Positions 33,731 through 45,100 of a stretch of 49,093 bases of DNA are shown in pieces. The notes below the pieces were generated by a model. That model was not told the origin of the DNA. It saw only the letters and a list, made by a program, of their open reading frames with translations, and did no database searches. The position numbers and the translations under genes were made by a program. The stretch comes from Nemertoderma westbladi (lineage: Eukaryota; Animalia; Xenacoelomorpha). The stretch lies in assembly GCA_032718475.1 (NCBI GenBank), contig JAUCBJ010002368.1, positions 1 through 49,093 of the forward strand, read 5' to 3'. How positions within the stretch are numbered: position 1 is the first letter of the stretch; the number at the start of each line of letters is the position of its first letter.

Positions 33731-34260
33731 TGTTAGCTTATTCAATCCCGCTAACATCCCATAAAGTTATAAGCCGATAAGCAATATTGGGGGCCACGAA
33801 ATTGGGTAATAACCAACTCGTGCCACCCCAATGAGAATGGGAAGGAGAACCACACAATAAGGGTCGGGCCAAACCCCTAACCCAAAGAGAACAGGTGGAG
33901 TGAACGGGAACACTCCATGGGGCGCCAACAAGGGTATCAACCAATCAGAGGGGGGACAGGCATCGATTAGGTAGAGTAATTAGGCCAACCGTGCAATATA
34001 ACCAGTAACCTAATAATCAGTAATTCAGTTATCTCAGTGCAGTAGTGCTAGCATAGGTTAGTTAGTTTAGATAGGGGAGCACGGGACTTTAGTTACCGTA
34101 TCCCGCCTTCCATATATTATACTATCATATCTATATCTTATACCAATTATATACAGCGAACATCAGAACTCATTTACCGTTTCCATTTACTCTTTACACA
34201 CGGCGGGGACGCGTAAGCTAAACACCGGATAAATCGGGATCCCTCCTGGATCCCGTCACA
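33731..34260 (+). repeat. Putative 3' LTR (530 bp)
   Basis: TGTTAG.. directly after the PPT; CCAAT and TATATAA (~33995) inside; ends ..CCCGTCACA before an abrupt shift to AT-rich DNA. No second copy. Confidence 0.55.
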
Positions 34261-34494
34261 GATTTTAAATACTGCAAAATAGAATACACTTACAGATTAG
34301 CATATAAAAATTACTTTTAATTTCCATAACTATTACTCCAATTAGAAATATTGATAATAATCAAAAATGGAATATGTACAACTTCCATACAGTATATTTC
34401 GTCTACATTTCATCACTACATTGAGAGTAAGAAAAAAGACAAAATGAAAAGAAACATGCGTAACTCCGAGGAAATGTGAAATCTCACAAATACC

Positions 34495-34791
34495 CAGGTC
34501 TACCAACACATGAAGTATCTCCTTCAATGACTTACTACGAATCTCACTACCGAAAAATTAACAGAAAAAAACATAAAACTAATAACGTAATGAATATTAA
34601 ATACTTACAAGAAATACACCATTGTGTTATAATTAGGCCTAGCGTTCTTAGCTGCTTTAGCAGCCGTAGATTTATTCAATTTCTTTGATTTTAATACATT
34701 TAAAACGTGCACGACTCGACATTCCAGGAAACAATCCTCTACTCTTGTCCTCGCCGACAAAACGTCGGCAAGGCCGATTATTGCTGCCATT
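34495..34791 (-). other. Possible spliced coding fragment (two exons, 62-nt intron)
   Basis: Acceptor ..TTTTGTTATAG, exon 34791-34609, donor GTAAGTA, acceptor ..TTTTTCGGTAG at 34547; the join reads ..MVYFFEIRSKSLKEILHVLVDL in frame. Confidence 0.3.
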
Positions 34792-35180
34792 CTATAACAA
34801 AAATATAAATATACAATGTAAACAAGACAATACAATAATGCTCTCCATAGGGAAAAATATCAACCGGCTATATTGGGTCTCGAACCTGGTACCTAGGTTT
34901 CAAACTTATTGTTATCATCAGCCGGGTGAGTATACTGAGCTATTACACCGAATAAATATTTCGCTATGGAATGCGACATCATATTTAAGCCAACTAATCA
35001 CTCAAAGGAAATTACAACTTCGTTATTGCCGTGCTCTGCAAGAAAAGGCAACCATGCCTCAAAGAATAACTATTATACAGTGTTGTAGAAAACACTGTAA
35101 CCCCGTATTAATAATACGGGTATTAATAATATTATTAATAATAATATTAATAATATAATAATACGGACGGACAGGCTTCA

Positions 35181-37411
35181 TAACCACTACTAATATCGGT
35201 ATTTTGTGGGAGGTATCGCCTCTAAATGCAGGCTCGTACAATCGGATCTTAGTTCCCACACCCACTAACCACTACTAATATCGGTAGTTTGTGGGAGGTA
35301 TCGCCTCTAAATGCAGGCTCGTACAATCGGATCTTAGTTCCCGCACCCACTAACCACTACTAATATCGGTAGTTTGTGGGAGGTATCGCCTCTAAATGCA
35401 GGCTCGTACAATCGAATCTTAGTTCCCACACCCACTAACCACTACTAATATCGGTAGTTTGTGGGAGGTATCGCCTCTAAATGCAGGCTCGTACAATCGG
35501 ATCTTAGTTCCCACACCCACTAACCACTACTAATATCGGTAGTTTGTGGGAGGTATCGCCTCTAAATGCAGGCTCGTACAATCGGATCTTAGTTCCCACA
35601 CCCACTAACCACTACTAATATCGGTAGTTTGTGGGAGGTATCGCCTCTAAATGCAGGCTCGTACAATCGGATCTTAGTTCCCACACCCACTAACCACTAC
35701 TAATATCGGTAGTTTGTGGGAGGTATTGTCTCTAAATGCAGGCTCGTACAATCGGATCTTAGTTCCCACACCCACTAACCACTACTAATATCGGAAGTTT
35801 GTGGGAGGTATCGCCTCTAAATGCAGGCTCGTACAATCGGATCTTAGTTCCCACACCCACTAACCACTACTAATATCGGAAGTTTGTGGGAGGTATCGCC
35901 TCTAAATGCAGGCTCGTACAATCGGATCTTAGTTCCCACACCCACTAACCACTACTAATATCAGTAGTTTGTGGGAGGTATCGCCTCTAAATGCAGGCTC
36001 GTACAATCGGATCTTAGTTCCCACACCCACTAACCACTACTAATATCGGTAGTTTGTGGGAGGTATTGCCTCTAAATGCAGGCTCGTACAATCGGATCTT
36101 AGTTCCCACACCCACTAACCACTACTAATATCGGTAGTTTGTGGGAGGTATTGCCTCTAAATGCAGGCTCGTACAATCGGATCTTAGTTCCCACACCCAC
36201 TAACCACTACTAATATCGGTAGTTTGTGGGAGGTATCGCCTCTAAATGCAGGCTCGTACAATCGGATCTTAGTTCCCGCACCCACTAACCACTACTAATA
36301 TCGGTCGTTTGTGGGAGGTATCGCCTCTAAATACAGGCTCGCACAATCGGATCTTAGTTCCCGCACCCACTAACCACTACTAATATCGGTAGTTTGTGGG
36401 AGGTATCGTCTCTAAATACAGGCTCGCACAATCGGATCTTAGTTCCCACACCCACTAACCACTACTAATATCGGTAGTTTGTGGGAGGTATCGCCTCTAA
36501 ATGCAAGCTCGTACAATCGGATCTTAGTTCCCACACTCACTAACCACTACTAATATCGGTAGTTTGTGGGAGGTATCGCCTCTAAATGCAGGCTCGTACA
36601 ATCGAATCTTAGTTCCCACACCCACTAACCACTACTAATATCGGTAGTTTGTGGGAGGTATCGCCTCTAAATGCAGGCTCGTACAATCGGATCTTAGTTC
36701 CCACACCCACTAACCACTACTAATATCGGTAGTTTGTGGGAGGTATCGCCTCTAAATGCAGGCTCGTACAATCGGATCTTAGTTCCCACACCCACTAACC
36801 ACTACTAATATCGGTAGTTTGTGGGAGGTATTGTCTCTAAATGCAGGCTCGTACAATCGGATCTTAGTTCCCACACCCACTAACCACTACTAATATCGGA
36901 AGTTTGTGGGAGGTATCGCCTCTAAATGCAGGCTCGTACAATCGGATCTTAGTTCCCACACCCACTAACCACTACTAATATCGGAAGTTTGTGGGAGGTA
37001 TCGCCTCTAAATGCAGGCTCGTACAATCGGATCTTAGTTCCCACACCCACTAACCACTACTAATATCAGTAGTTTGTGGGAGGTATCGCCTCTAAATGCA
37101 GGCTCGTGCAATCGGATCTTAGTTCCCACACCCACTAACCACTACTAATATCGGTAGTTTGTGGGAGGTATTGCCTCTAAATGCAGGCTCGTACAATCGG
37201 ATCTTAGTTCCCACACCCACTAACCACTACTAATATCGGTAGTTTGTGGGAGGTATTGCCTCTAAATGCAGGCTCGTACAATCGGATCTTAGTTCCCACA
37301 CCCACTAACCACTACTAATATCGGTAGTTTGTGGGAGGTATCGCCTCTAAATGCAGGCTCGTACAATCGGATCTTAGTTCCCGCACCCACTAACCACTAC
37401 TAATATCGGTA
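35181..37411. repeat. 85-bp satellite, ~26 copies
   Basis: TAACCACTACTAATATCGG.. recurs at 35181, 35266, 35351 and onward, with only point variants. Confidence 0.97.
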
Positions 37412-38684
37412 CTAAGTAAGGTCACACTGAAATAAAATAATACATCTTCAACAACCACCGAATATCCTAAGTAAGGTCACACTGAAATAAAATAATACAT
37501 CTTTAACAACCAAAGAATATCCTAAGTAAGGTCACAATGAAATAAAATAATACATCTTCAACAACCACCGAATATCCTAAGTAAGGTCACAATGAAACAA
37601 AATAATACATCTTCAACAACCACCGAATATCCTAAGTAAGGTCACACTGAAATAAAATAATACATCTTTAACAACCAAAGAATATCCTAAGTAAGGTCAC
37701 AATGAAATAAAATAATACATCTTCAACAACCACCGAATATCCTAAGTAAGGTCACAATGAAACAAAATAATACATCTTCAACAACCACCGAATATCCTAA
37801 GTAAGGTCACACTGAAATAAAATAATACATCTTTAACAACCAAAGAATATCCTAAGTAAGGTCACAATGAAATAAAATAATACATCTTCAACAACCACCG
37901 AATATCCTAAGTAAGGTCACAATGAAACAAAATAATACATCTTCAACAACCACCGAATATCCTAAGTAAGGTCACAATGAAATAAAATAATACATCTTCA
38001 ACAACCACCGAATATCCTAAGTAAGGTCACACTGAAATAAAATAATACATCTTCAACAACCACCGAATATCCTAAGTAAGGTCACAATGAAATAAAATAA
38101 TACATCTTCAACAACCACCGAATATCCTAAGTAAGGTCACAATGAAATAAAATAATACATCTTCAACAACCACCGAATATCCTAAGTAAGGTCACACTGA
38201 AATAAAATAATACATCTTCAACAACCACCGAATATCCTAAGTAAGGTCACACTGAAATAAAATAATACATCTTCAACAACCACCGAATATCCTAAGTAAG
38301 GTCACAATGAAATAAAATAATACATCTTCAACAACCACCGAATATCCTAAGTAAGGTCACAATGAAATAAAATAATACATCTTCAACAACCACCGAATAT
38401 CCTAAGTAAGGTCACAATGAAATAAAATAATACATCTTCAACAACCACCGAATATCCTAAGTAAGGTCACACTGAAATAAAATAATACATCTTCAACAAC
38501 CACCGAATATCCTAAGTAAGGTCACAATGAAATAAAATAATACATCTTCAACAACCACCGAATATCCTAAGTAAGGTCACAATGAAATAAAATAATACAT
38601 CTTCAACAACCACCGAATATCCTAAGTAAGGTCACAATGAAATAAAATAATACATCTTTAACAACCAAAAAATATCCTAAGTAA
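37412..38684. repeat. 55-bp satellite, ~23 copies
   Basis: CTAAGTAAGGTCACA(C/A)TGAAA.. recurs at 37412, 37467 and onward. Confidence 0.97.
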
Positions 38685-38778
38685 TCTAAGATCTCGATTG
38701 CTGCAAAGCTATACAATAGAATTCTATTAAATCGCATCAGGGATCCCATTGAGAGACTGCTCCGTGGAAATCAGAATG

Positions 38779-39976
38779 TGTAAAAGCTTTTGTGGGATAA
38801 CTGATTCGTTTGCCTTGTTGGCCAGTTCCCCCCCTGGGCGCTGAATACTCTAAAAGGGGATCTATAACTCGAATAGCGCAAGCTACCGGCTGATTGGCTG
38901 ATTTGCTGTGCGAAGGAATCTGGGCTACGTTTGATTGTCCAACCAGCTTGGGAAAGTTGCCCCACAGCCCTGTTTCTATATCTGCCAATAGGATTTGAGT
39001 TGATTTTGATTTCGACCTATCACAGATCTACTGAACTGAATTTTCCTATCTGTATGCTCTTTCTCTGTGGTGGGTGGAAGCCTTTGTAAATAAGGTTATT
39101 CTTATCAGTTTTTAGTGTTTTTTGTGATTCTAAGCCAGGAAGAGAGCGGCTTTGGAATTTTATGCTCTTTCTCTGTGCCTTACACTAGTAGGCTTAATTA
39201 TAAGGGCATATATCCGTTATCAAACGAACAATCCAAAACTGATTGATTGTCACAACTCATGCAACTCAACATACCTAATCAAACATACCTGTGCATACTT
39301 TTATATTGTTATACTGCTATTTACTGTCAGTTCTTCATAATATGGTTGATGAATTATTATATTTGGAATAACGATAAATAACCCCGAAACCCAATATTCT
39401 TGATATACCGAAGGTAAGAGAGAAGGGTTACATATAACGATTGTGACTTATGTTAAAGTGGTTTGAAGTGAATCTAATGTTATTTGATAGACCCTACATG
39501 AGTCAGTCCGTGTTCCTTTTATATGTGGCTAAAATCAGTGAAGATCGGCAGATCAGTGTGCAGTATTGTGCAGCATTGTGTATGAGTGAGTCTGATAACG
39601 AAGCATTTCCTAAAGAATGCGCCATATATGTGAATTATAACTAAGCCATATCGTTGTGAGTAGTTTAAGTCATAACTCTGTTTATATAGATAGAGCGCCA
39701 CGTCCTAAAGGAACTGTTAATATTTCCCGAAGGTGAATAATATTGTCAGAGATTATATAATACTGTCAGTCGAATAATACATTAAGCTTACATAGCAATA
39801 AGATTAAGCCGTCGAACCCAATCTCCCGGGTATATCCAGCGGGTGAATGATCGCGCACAGATTGGTTTCGACTAGTGTAGTGAATAAAATACTTGTCATA
39901 GGCTAAAAGTGATTTATTATCTAGAAGACATCATAATTTGGCGGGTTAAACTGCCAAAGGTCTGAAAGCGCGAACA
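38779..39976 (+). repeat. 5' LTR of BEL copy 2 (1198 bp)
   Basis: TGTAAAAGCTTTTG...AAAGCGCGAACA, homologous to 13050-14247. Confidence 0.85.
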
Positions 39977-40125
39977 ATAACGGATATTTAGTCTGTATTG
40001 CAGTGTAGGCATTAAATACAGTTTAATATTGTTCTGGTAAGAACAATAACGGATATTTAGTCTGTATTGCAGTGTAGGCATTAAATACAGTTTAATATTG
40101 TTCTGGTAAGAACAATAACGGATAT
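39972..40125. repeat. 69-bp tandem duplication (2.2 copies) overlapping the LTR end
   Basis: GAACAATAACGGATAT at 39972, 40041 and 40110. Confidence 0.9.
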
Positions 40126-41665
40126 AGCTTCTTTATTGCAGTAAGCAATAAAGTTGAAAGTACCGGTCAACCGGTAAACCTGAACGGTACATCTGTAGGT
40201 CAGTAGGCCCAACTGCCAGAACCGGTACTTCTGTACGTCCGTAGGCCCAACTGTCCGAACCGGTACTTACAGTACAGGTACAGCAGTATTATTCGATTTG
40301 ATTATTATATGCCGGTAGGTCTTAATAATTAATCGGGAACGCCTGGTTTTTATTGGGATTTTACTTAGGCCTATTTCTGTTAGTTTTATTTATTTGTAGG
40401 CCAGTATTGAACAGAAGGCGTGTAAGCCTGATCAGTTTGTACAGATAATTTGTAGGTTGAGCTGTTGTCTGATTGCTGTTAAGTCTGAACGGATTGCAGT
40501 GTATGTAGATCACCTGTCCGATAAAGAACGGTTAGGAAGTAGGGGCAGCCAATGCTGTAAGGTAAACCCCCAACTAAAGAATAAGTCGTACTACTGGGTT
40601 AGAACGCATACTACCTAATCATTTCGGAGTCTGCATGTCCTGTAGTTTATTTAGGCTTGAGAGTAGTCTGTCAGTGTTTGGTCTGCATTTTGTTTGAGTG
40701 GTTTGTACGCGTAGCGTAATATTTATTATTCAGAGTTTATGCGATTATTCGCAACATTCATTCCCCAAGTTTGTTCCTACAATAATTGTGTTTGTTATAC
40801 ATACCGCTATAGTTAAATTAACCCCGGTACTACACGGGCTGCTTGGCGTAGGTAAAGACTGGTGATTTTGTGCACCGGTCACTCCAGCAGATGTCGTGGT
40901 TCTTTTAGCTGTTCAAGTATATTTAACTACTGATTATATGTTGTACAAGTACTCGTACCTAATTTAGGGTTTAGTGTACAGTGCTTTCCGAAAGTAATTA
41001 GTGTGGACATTATATTTGTGTTGTAAAGTGGTTGATAGGCACGTTCGATTAGCTCTATTAACTTCTAGGTAGGAACACTCCGTGATACATAACGTAGTAC
41101 CTATAGCGATACGGCTATAGGTCGTCAGGCGGTGGTATTTTCCTATCTGGACAACGCAGTGTATTTACTACTACTTATTATTTTCAAATACCGCAGTACC
41201 CTGTCCGTTGTAATAACCAGTTTCTAACCCTTTGTTAGGCTGGTTTGTAGACTTCTTGTAAAATTACCCTGAAAATTCGTATTTTGTGTTTTTGTAAATT
41301 TTTGTGTTTATTTAGAGATTGTAATCTCACCCGAATTGTACGTAATTTGTAGTATTAAGTAACTTAGGTAAATTAGCATTATTTGTTTTAGTGTCCTATA
41401 AGTAACACTTCACTGAAAGCGCACCGCTTTGGGTAGTGATTACTCCCCAGAAATAATAACATTTATTTCAAACATTGACAAAACCCATTAAAACGGGTAT
41501 ATATATATTATAAATCAACTCAAACGATTTATAAATAGTAGGCCTGCCATACAACAATTAGGTCTCCATATCAGTTGGACTACTGCTCAAATAACGGTAA
41601 TAAAGTAAGTAAAGTAACCAAGTAACCCTTAAAATTCAGAAATTCAGTTATTTAAAATAATTGAT

Positions 41666-42030
41666 ATACCGGTATTTACAATAGGCTTATTATATTTATT
41701 TCTATAAATTTTAGGTTGAAATCATACCGGTATTCTGTAATTAATTCTAGTTTGTAATTATACTTATATATATACACTATAAGTGTAAACTGCATACCGG
41801 TATTTACGATAGGCCTATTATCTTTATTGCTATAAATTTAGGCTGAAATTATACCGGTACTTGTAATTAATTCTAGTCCAGAATTATATATACTACAAAC
41901 TGTAAGCTGTATACCGGTATTCCGATAGGCCTATTATATCTTTATATATTTGTGCTAAAATTATACCGGTATTCTGTGATAAACCTAGTCTGTAATAATA
42001 GTTATATATACTATAAGCATACCGGTATTC
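41666..42030. repeat. About three degenerate ~120-bp units with recurring ATACCGGTA(T) palindromes in the BEL leader
   Basis: ATACCGGTA occurs seven times at ~55-65 bp spacing. Confidence 0.75.
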
Positions 42031-42163
42031 TAATATATTATATATATCACGCTGCACTGAGTAGCAGTACCGGTAATTAATTACTAGGCTAGCAGTTAAT
42101 ACTGAGTTACTAGACTTGCTCAGACTGTGATACAGCAGTAGACATTCAACTGTACGCATAAGC

Positions 42164-45100
42164 ATGTCTGATACTAAGCAGAACCTGTCAGACAGTTTAT
42201 TAGATGTAACTATCTGCGACTCAGATAAAGGTGTAGAACCATCTACACCTAAGTTCAGTTCACCTCCCACTGTGAGGAAGGTCATCCCTCCTGTAGTAAT
42301 AAAAGAACCTAGGCTGGTCCAACATCGTAGGTCTATCATAGGCACTCGAGCTCAGGTCAAGCGGGACCAAGAAGCAGCGGAACAGCAACAACACGCGAGC
42401 CAAGAACTTACTTCTCAACGGCCCAACAGCTCCAGTAGTGAGGATACTGTAGAACTGACACCAGAACGCGGAGCAAAGATGAGGGATGCGGTTTATTCGG
42501 ATCCCCTTCTCATCCTTCCTGCAGCCGTACTCACAAGGTTATTGATTGCAGTGGAAGAACACCAGATCGATTGGGCGAGAAGTCAACGATCAACTAAAGA
42601 TAATTATGCGGGATACACGAGTGAAGAACTGAAGTCTATTGTCGAGTCGCAATGGAACTTCCCCGGACCCGGACTCCCGTTTGATTTATCAGAAGCTGCC
42701 TGGGAAGACATACACCGGATGGGAGTAGCCAAGGAAACCATCGATCCAGCTGTGTGGAAGAGGTCCGCAGCCGGATACGCACAGGGATTCTTCAGCTCCA
42801 TGGAGCGAGTGAAAGAACAACTGTTCCAACAACCTCAAGGACCTCAAGAGCAGGGACAACTGCTTTATCAAGTTAGAGAAAGAATTCTGCGAATCAGGCT
42901 AATATTATCAGCCTTTGAAGAGGCTTCTAAAAGAAGACAAGACACGTCGTTGCAAGTTGCCGTAAAGACTTGGTTTCAACGGGTGAGTCGCCAGGTTCAA
43001 GGAACAGCTCAGTGGAAAGCTCAGCTGGAGGAGCGCTCAACCCATGGAGAATCAACAGACGCTACTTTTTCCCAAGTGGAAAGTGAAGCGACGGCAGAGA
43101 AACCACATAAGAGGGATGCCATTGACATCTATCTGTCAGACTATCAACGTTTTTTAGGTGATGACGAGTTGAGGAGAAGGTTAGAGGGACTTAGCCCTAA
43201 TAGTGAAGGAACCAAGCTTGTGTTGGATGCCATCGATGTGGAAATGAGGGCTGCGAATCAGGCTAAATTTGATGAACAACTCCGCCTGACACGAGTCCAA
43301 GAAGAACAAGTAAAGAAAAAACGTATAGAAGACAGAAAGAAAGCAGCAGTAGCAGCTGCCGAAGCGGAAAGGAAAGCAGCCGAAGAGGAAAGTAAAGCAG
43401 CCGAGATGGAAAGAAAAGCGGCAGCGACAGCAGCAGAAGCAAAGGCGGCAGCGGCAGAGGCAGAAGCGAAAAGTAAAGCAGCCGAGATGGAAAGAAAAGC
43501 GGCAGCGACAGCAGCAGAAGCACAGGCGGCAGCGGCAGAGGCAGAAGCGAAAAGAAAAGCAGCTGAAATGAAAAGAAAAGCGGAAATGGCAGTAGCAGAA
43601 GCAGAACGTAGAGCGGCGGAAGAAATCACCCAATTAGAATTGGAAAACATTCAGGAGAATCAAGACTGCATAAATAAACAGTTAACAGCTAGTAATATGC
43701 AGATGATGAATCGATCTACTCCCAAAAGACAGGGATATACATCATCTGAAGAAGGCGATACCACCGATACTGAAGGCAAAGGAAATAGATCTCGTCTAAG
43801 CAGACGTAAAAGAACATTCCACCGTCAGAAATTGCCTGAATTGCCTCCAGCTGTTAGAAGGCAACTAAATAACACCAACTTAGGTAGTACAGAGCCCACA
43901 GACCAAATAATTAAAATAGAAAGACTCCCTACTATAGTAGATGAGCCTGAAATAATTAGGCCTGTTCTTGAAATCACCCCTTCGGTGATAGACACACCTG
44001 TGCTCCCTGAAACTACCTCTAAATTCCCTCTGCATAGCACTAAGCTACCTGTGCCCCGTAGAACTGCCCAGGAGACAGTTCAGGTCCTGGACCCCGAGCG
44101 AAATATTCATGATTTGTCGCCCGTTGTCCCTCGTCCGCCCGCTACAACGTTGGCGACTCCCGCTTCGGCGGTCGAATGGGTGGATGAGAGACGGCGGGGG
44201 ATGGATCTCCTGCTCGGGCAGATGCAGGAGACTGTCCAGCAATTCAAGGGCACAGTAAGGGAAAGTAGACTAGAGTTGCAAGAAGTGCAGCAAAGTATCG
44301 CGCTAGAACGCGATAAATTAGTAAATACTCAAAGGGGTATACCACCACCCTCGGTAACAATGTGTCAAGTACTGTCAACCTGTTAGGTCTGAAGTATCTC
44401 ATGCGCAAGGTGTGGAGCCTACACGCATATATACTGCTAGCGAAGTAGAAACTCCTATAGTGAACCCTATTAAGGGTAATTATAGACCTGTTGATAATGA
44501 CATTCCCTATAGACCTGATCATAATCCGAGAAATTTATATACCGATAACTCGATATTAAATAACACGATGGCCCAAGAAAGTTTTACGCGTCAAATGGCT
44601 AGAACCGAAGCCCGGCAAGCGGTGAAAGTGGGAGAGATCGTCAAGTTCAATGGAGATGAGATGAAATGGTTACCTTTTAATGAATATTACAAAGATAACA
44701 TACAGAACTCTGTACTATCTAATGGAGAGAAACTTAGATTCCTCATCGAGTGCTTGGAAGGATCTCCCAAGTTAATGGCGTTAAAGTTTATTGGACATCC
44801 AGACGGATTAAGACAAGTTTGGGATACACTAAACATCAGGTATGGTAATAGGAATAACATCGCTGGGTATTTGTATGCAAAGTTGGTAGCGCCCCGAAAG
44901 TTTATTAGCAGCGGAATTATCGAGTTTTCCGATGAGATTCAGGAGATCTGTAGACAATTAGATTGGCTAGGTAAGTCTCAGGAGTATCAGAATGCTATGG
45001 TTATTAGAGCAGTGGCTTCTACTCTACCGAAGGGTGGAGTAGGTACACGCTGGGATAAGAAAGTGTTATATATGATGGAACAACAACGACGAGACCCTAC

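Larger units (their letters stand above)
29596..34260 (+). mobile_element. 3' portion of a purine-rich LTR retroelement: spacer, accessory gene, PPT, 3' LTR; no gag/pol in view
   Basis: Strong A/G sense-strand bias; PPT GGGGGGGAG (33722-33730) then TGT...ACA; same layout as the BEL 3' region. The 5' boundary is approximate. Confidence 0.6.

Noticed and set aside
34685-35158. 157-aa plus-strand ORF
   Set aside because: Non-ATG start, a low-complexity (ATA)n tail and no motif.
35181-38684. CRISPR array
   Set aside because: Units repeat in full with no unique spacers, there are no cas genes, and the context is eukaryotic.
43181-43650. Cys/Phe- or Ala-rich minus-strand ORFs (also 77-307)
   Set aside because: Antisense reading of the GCA/GAA coiled-coil repeat.
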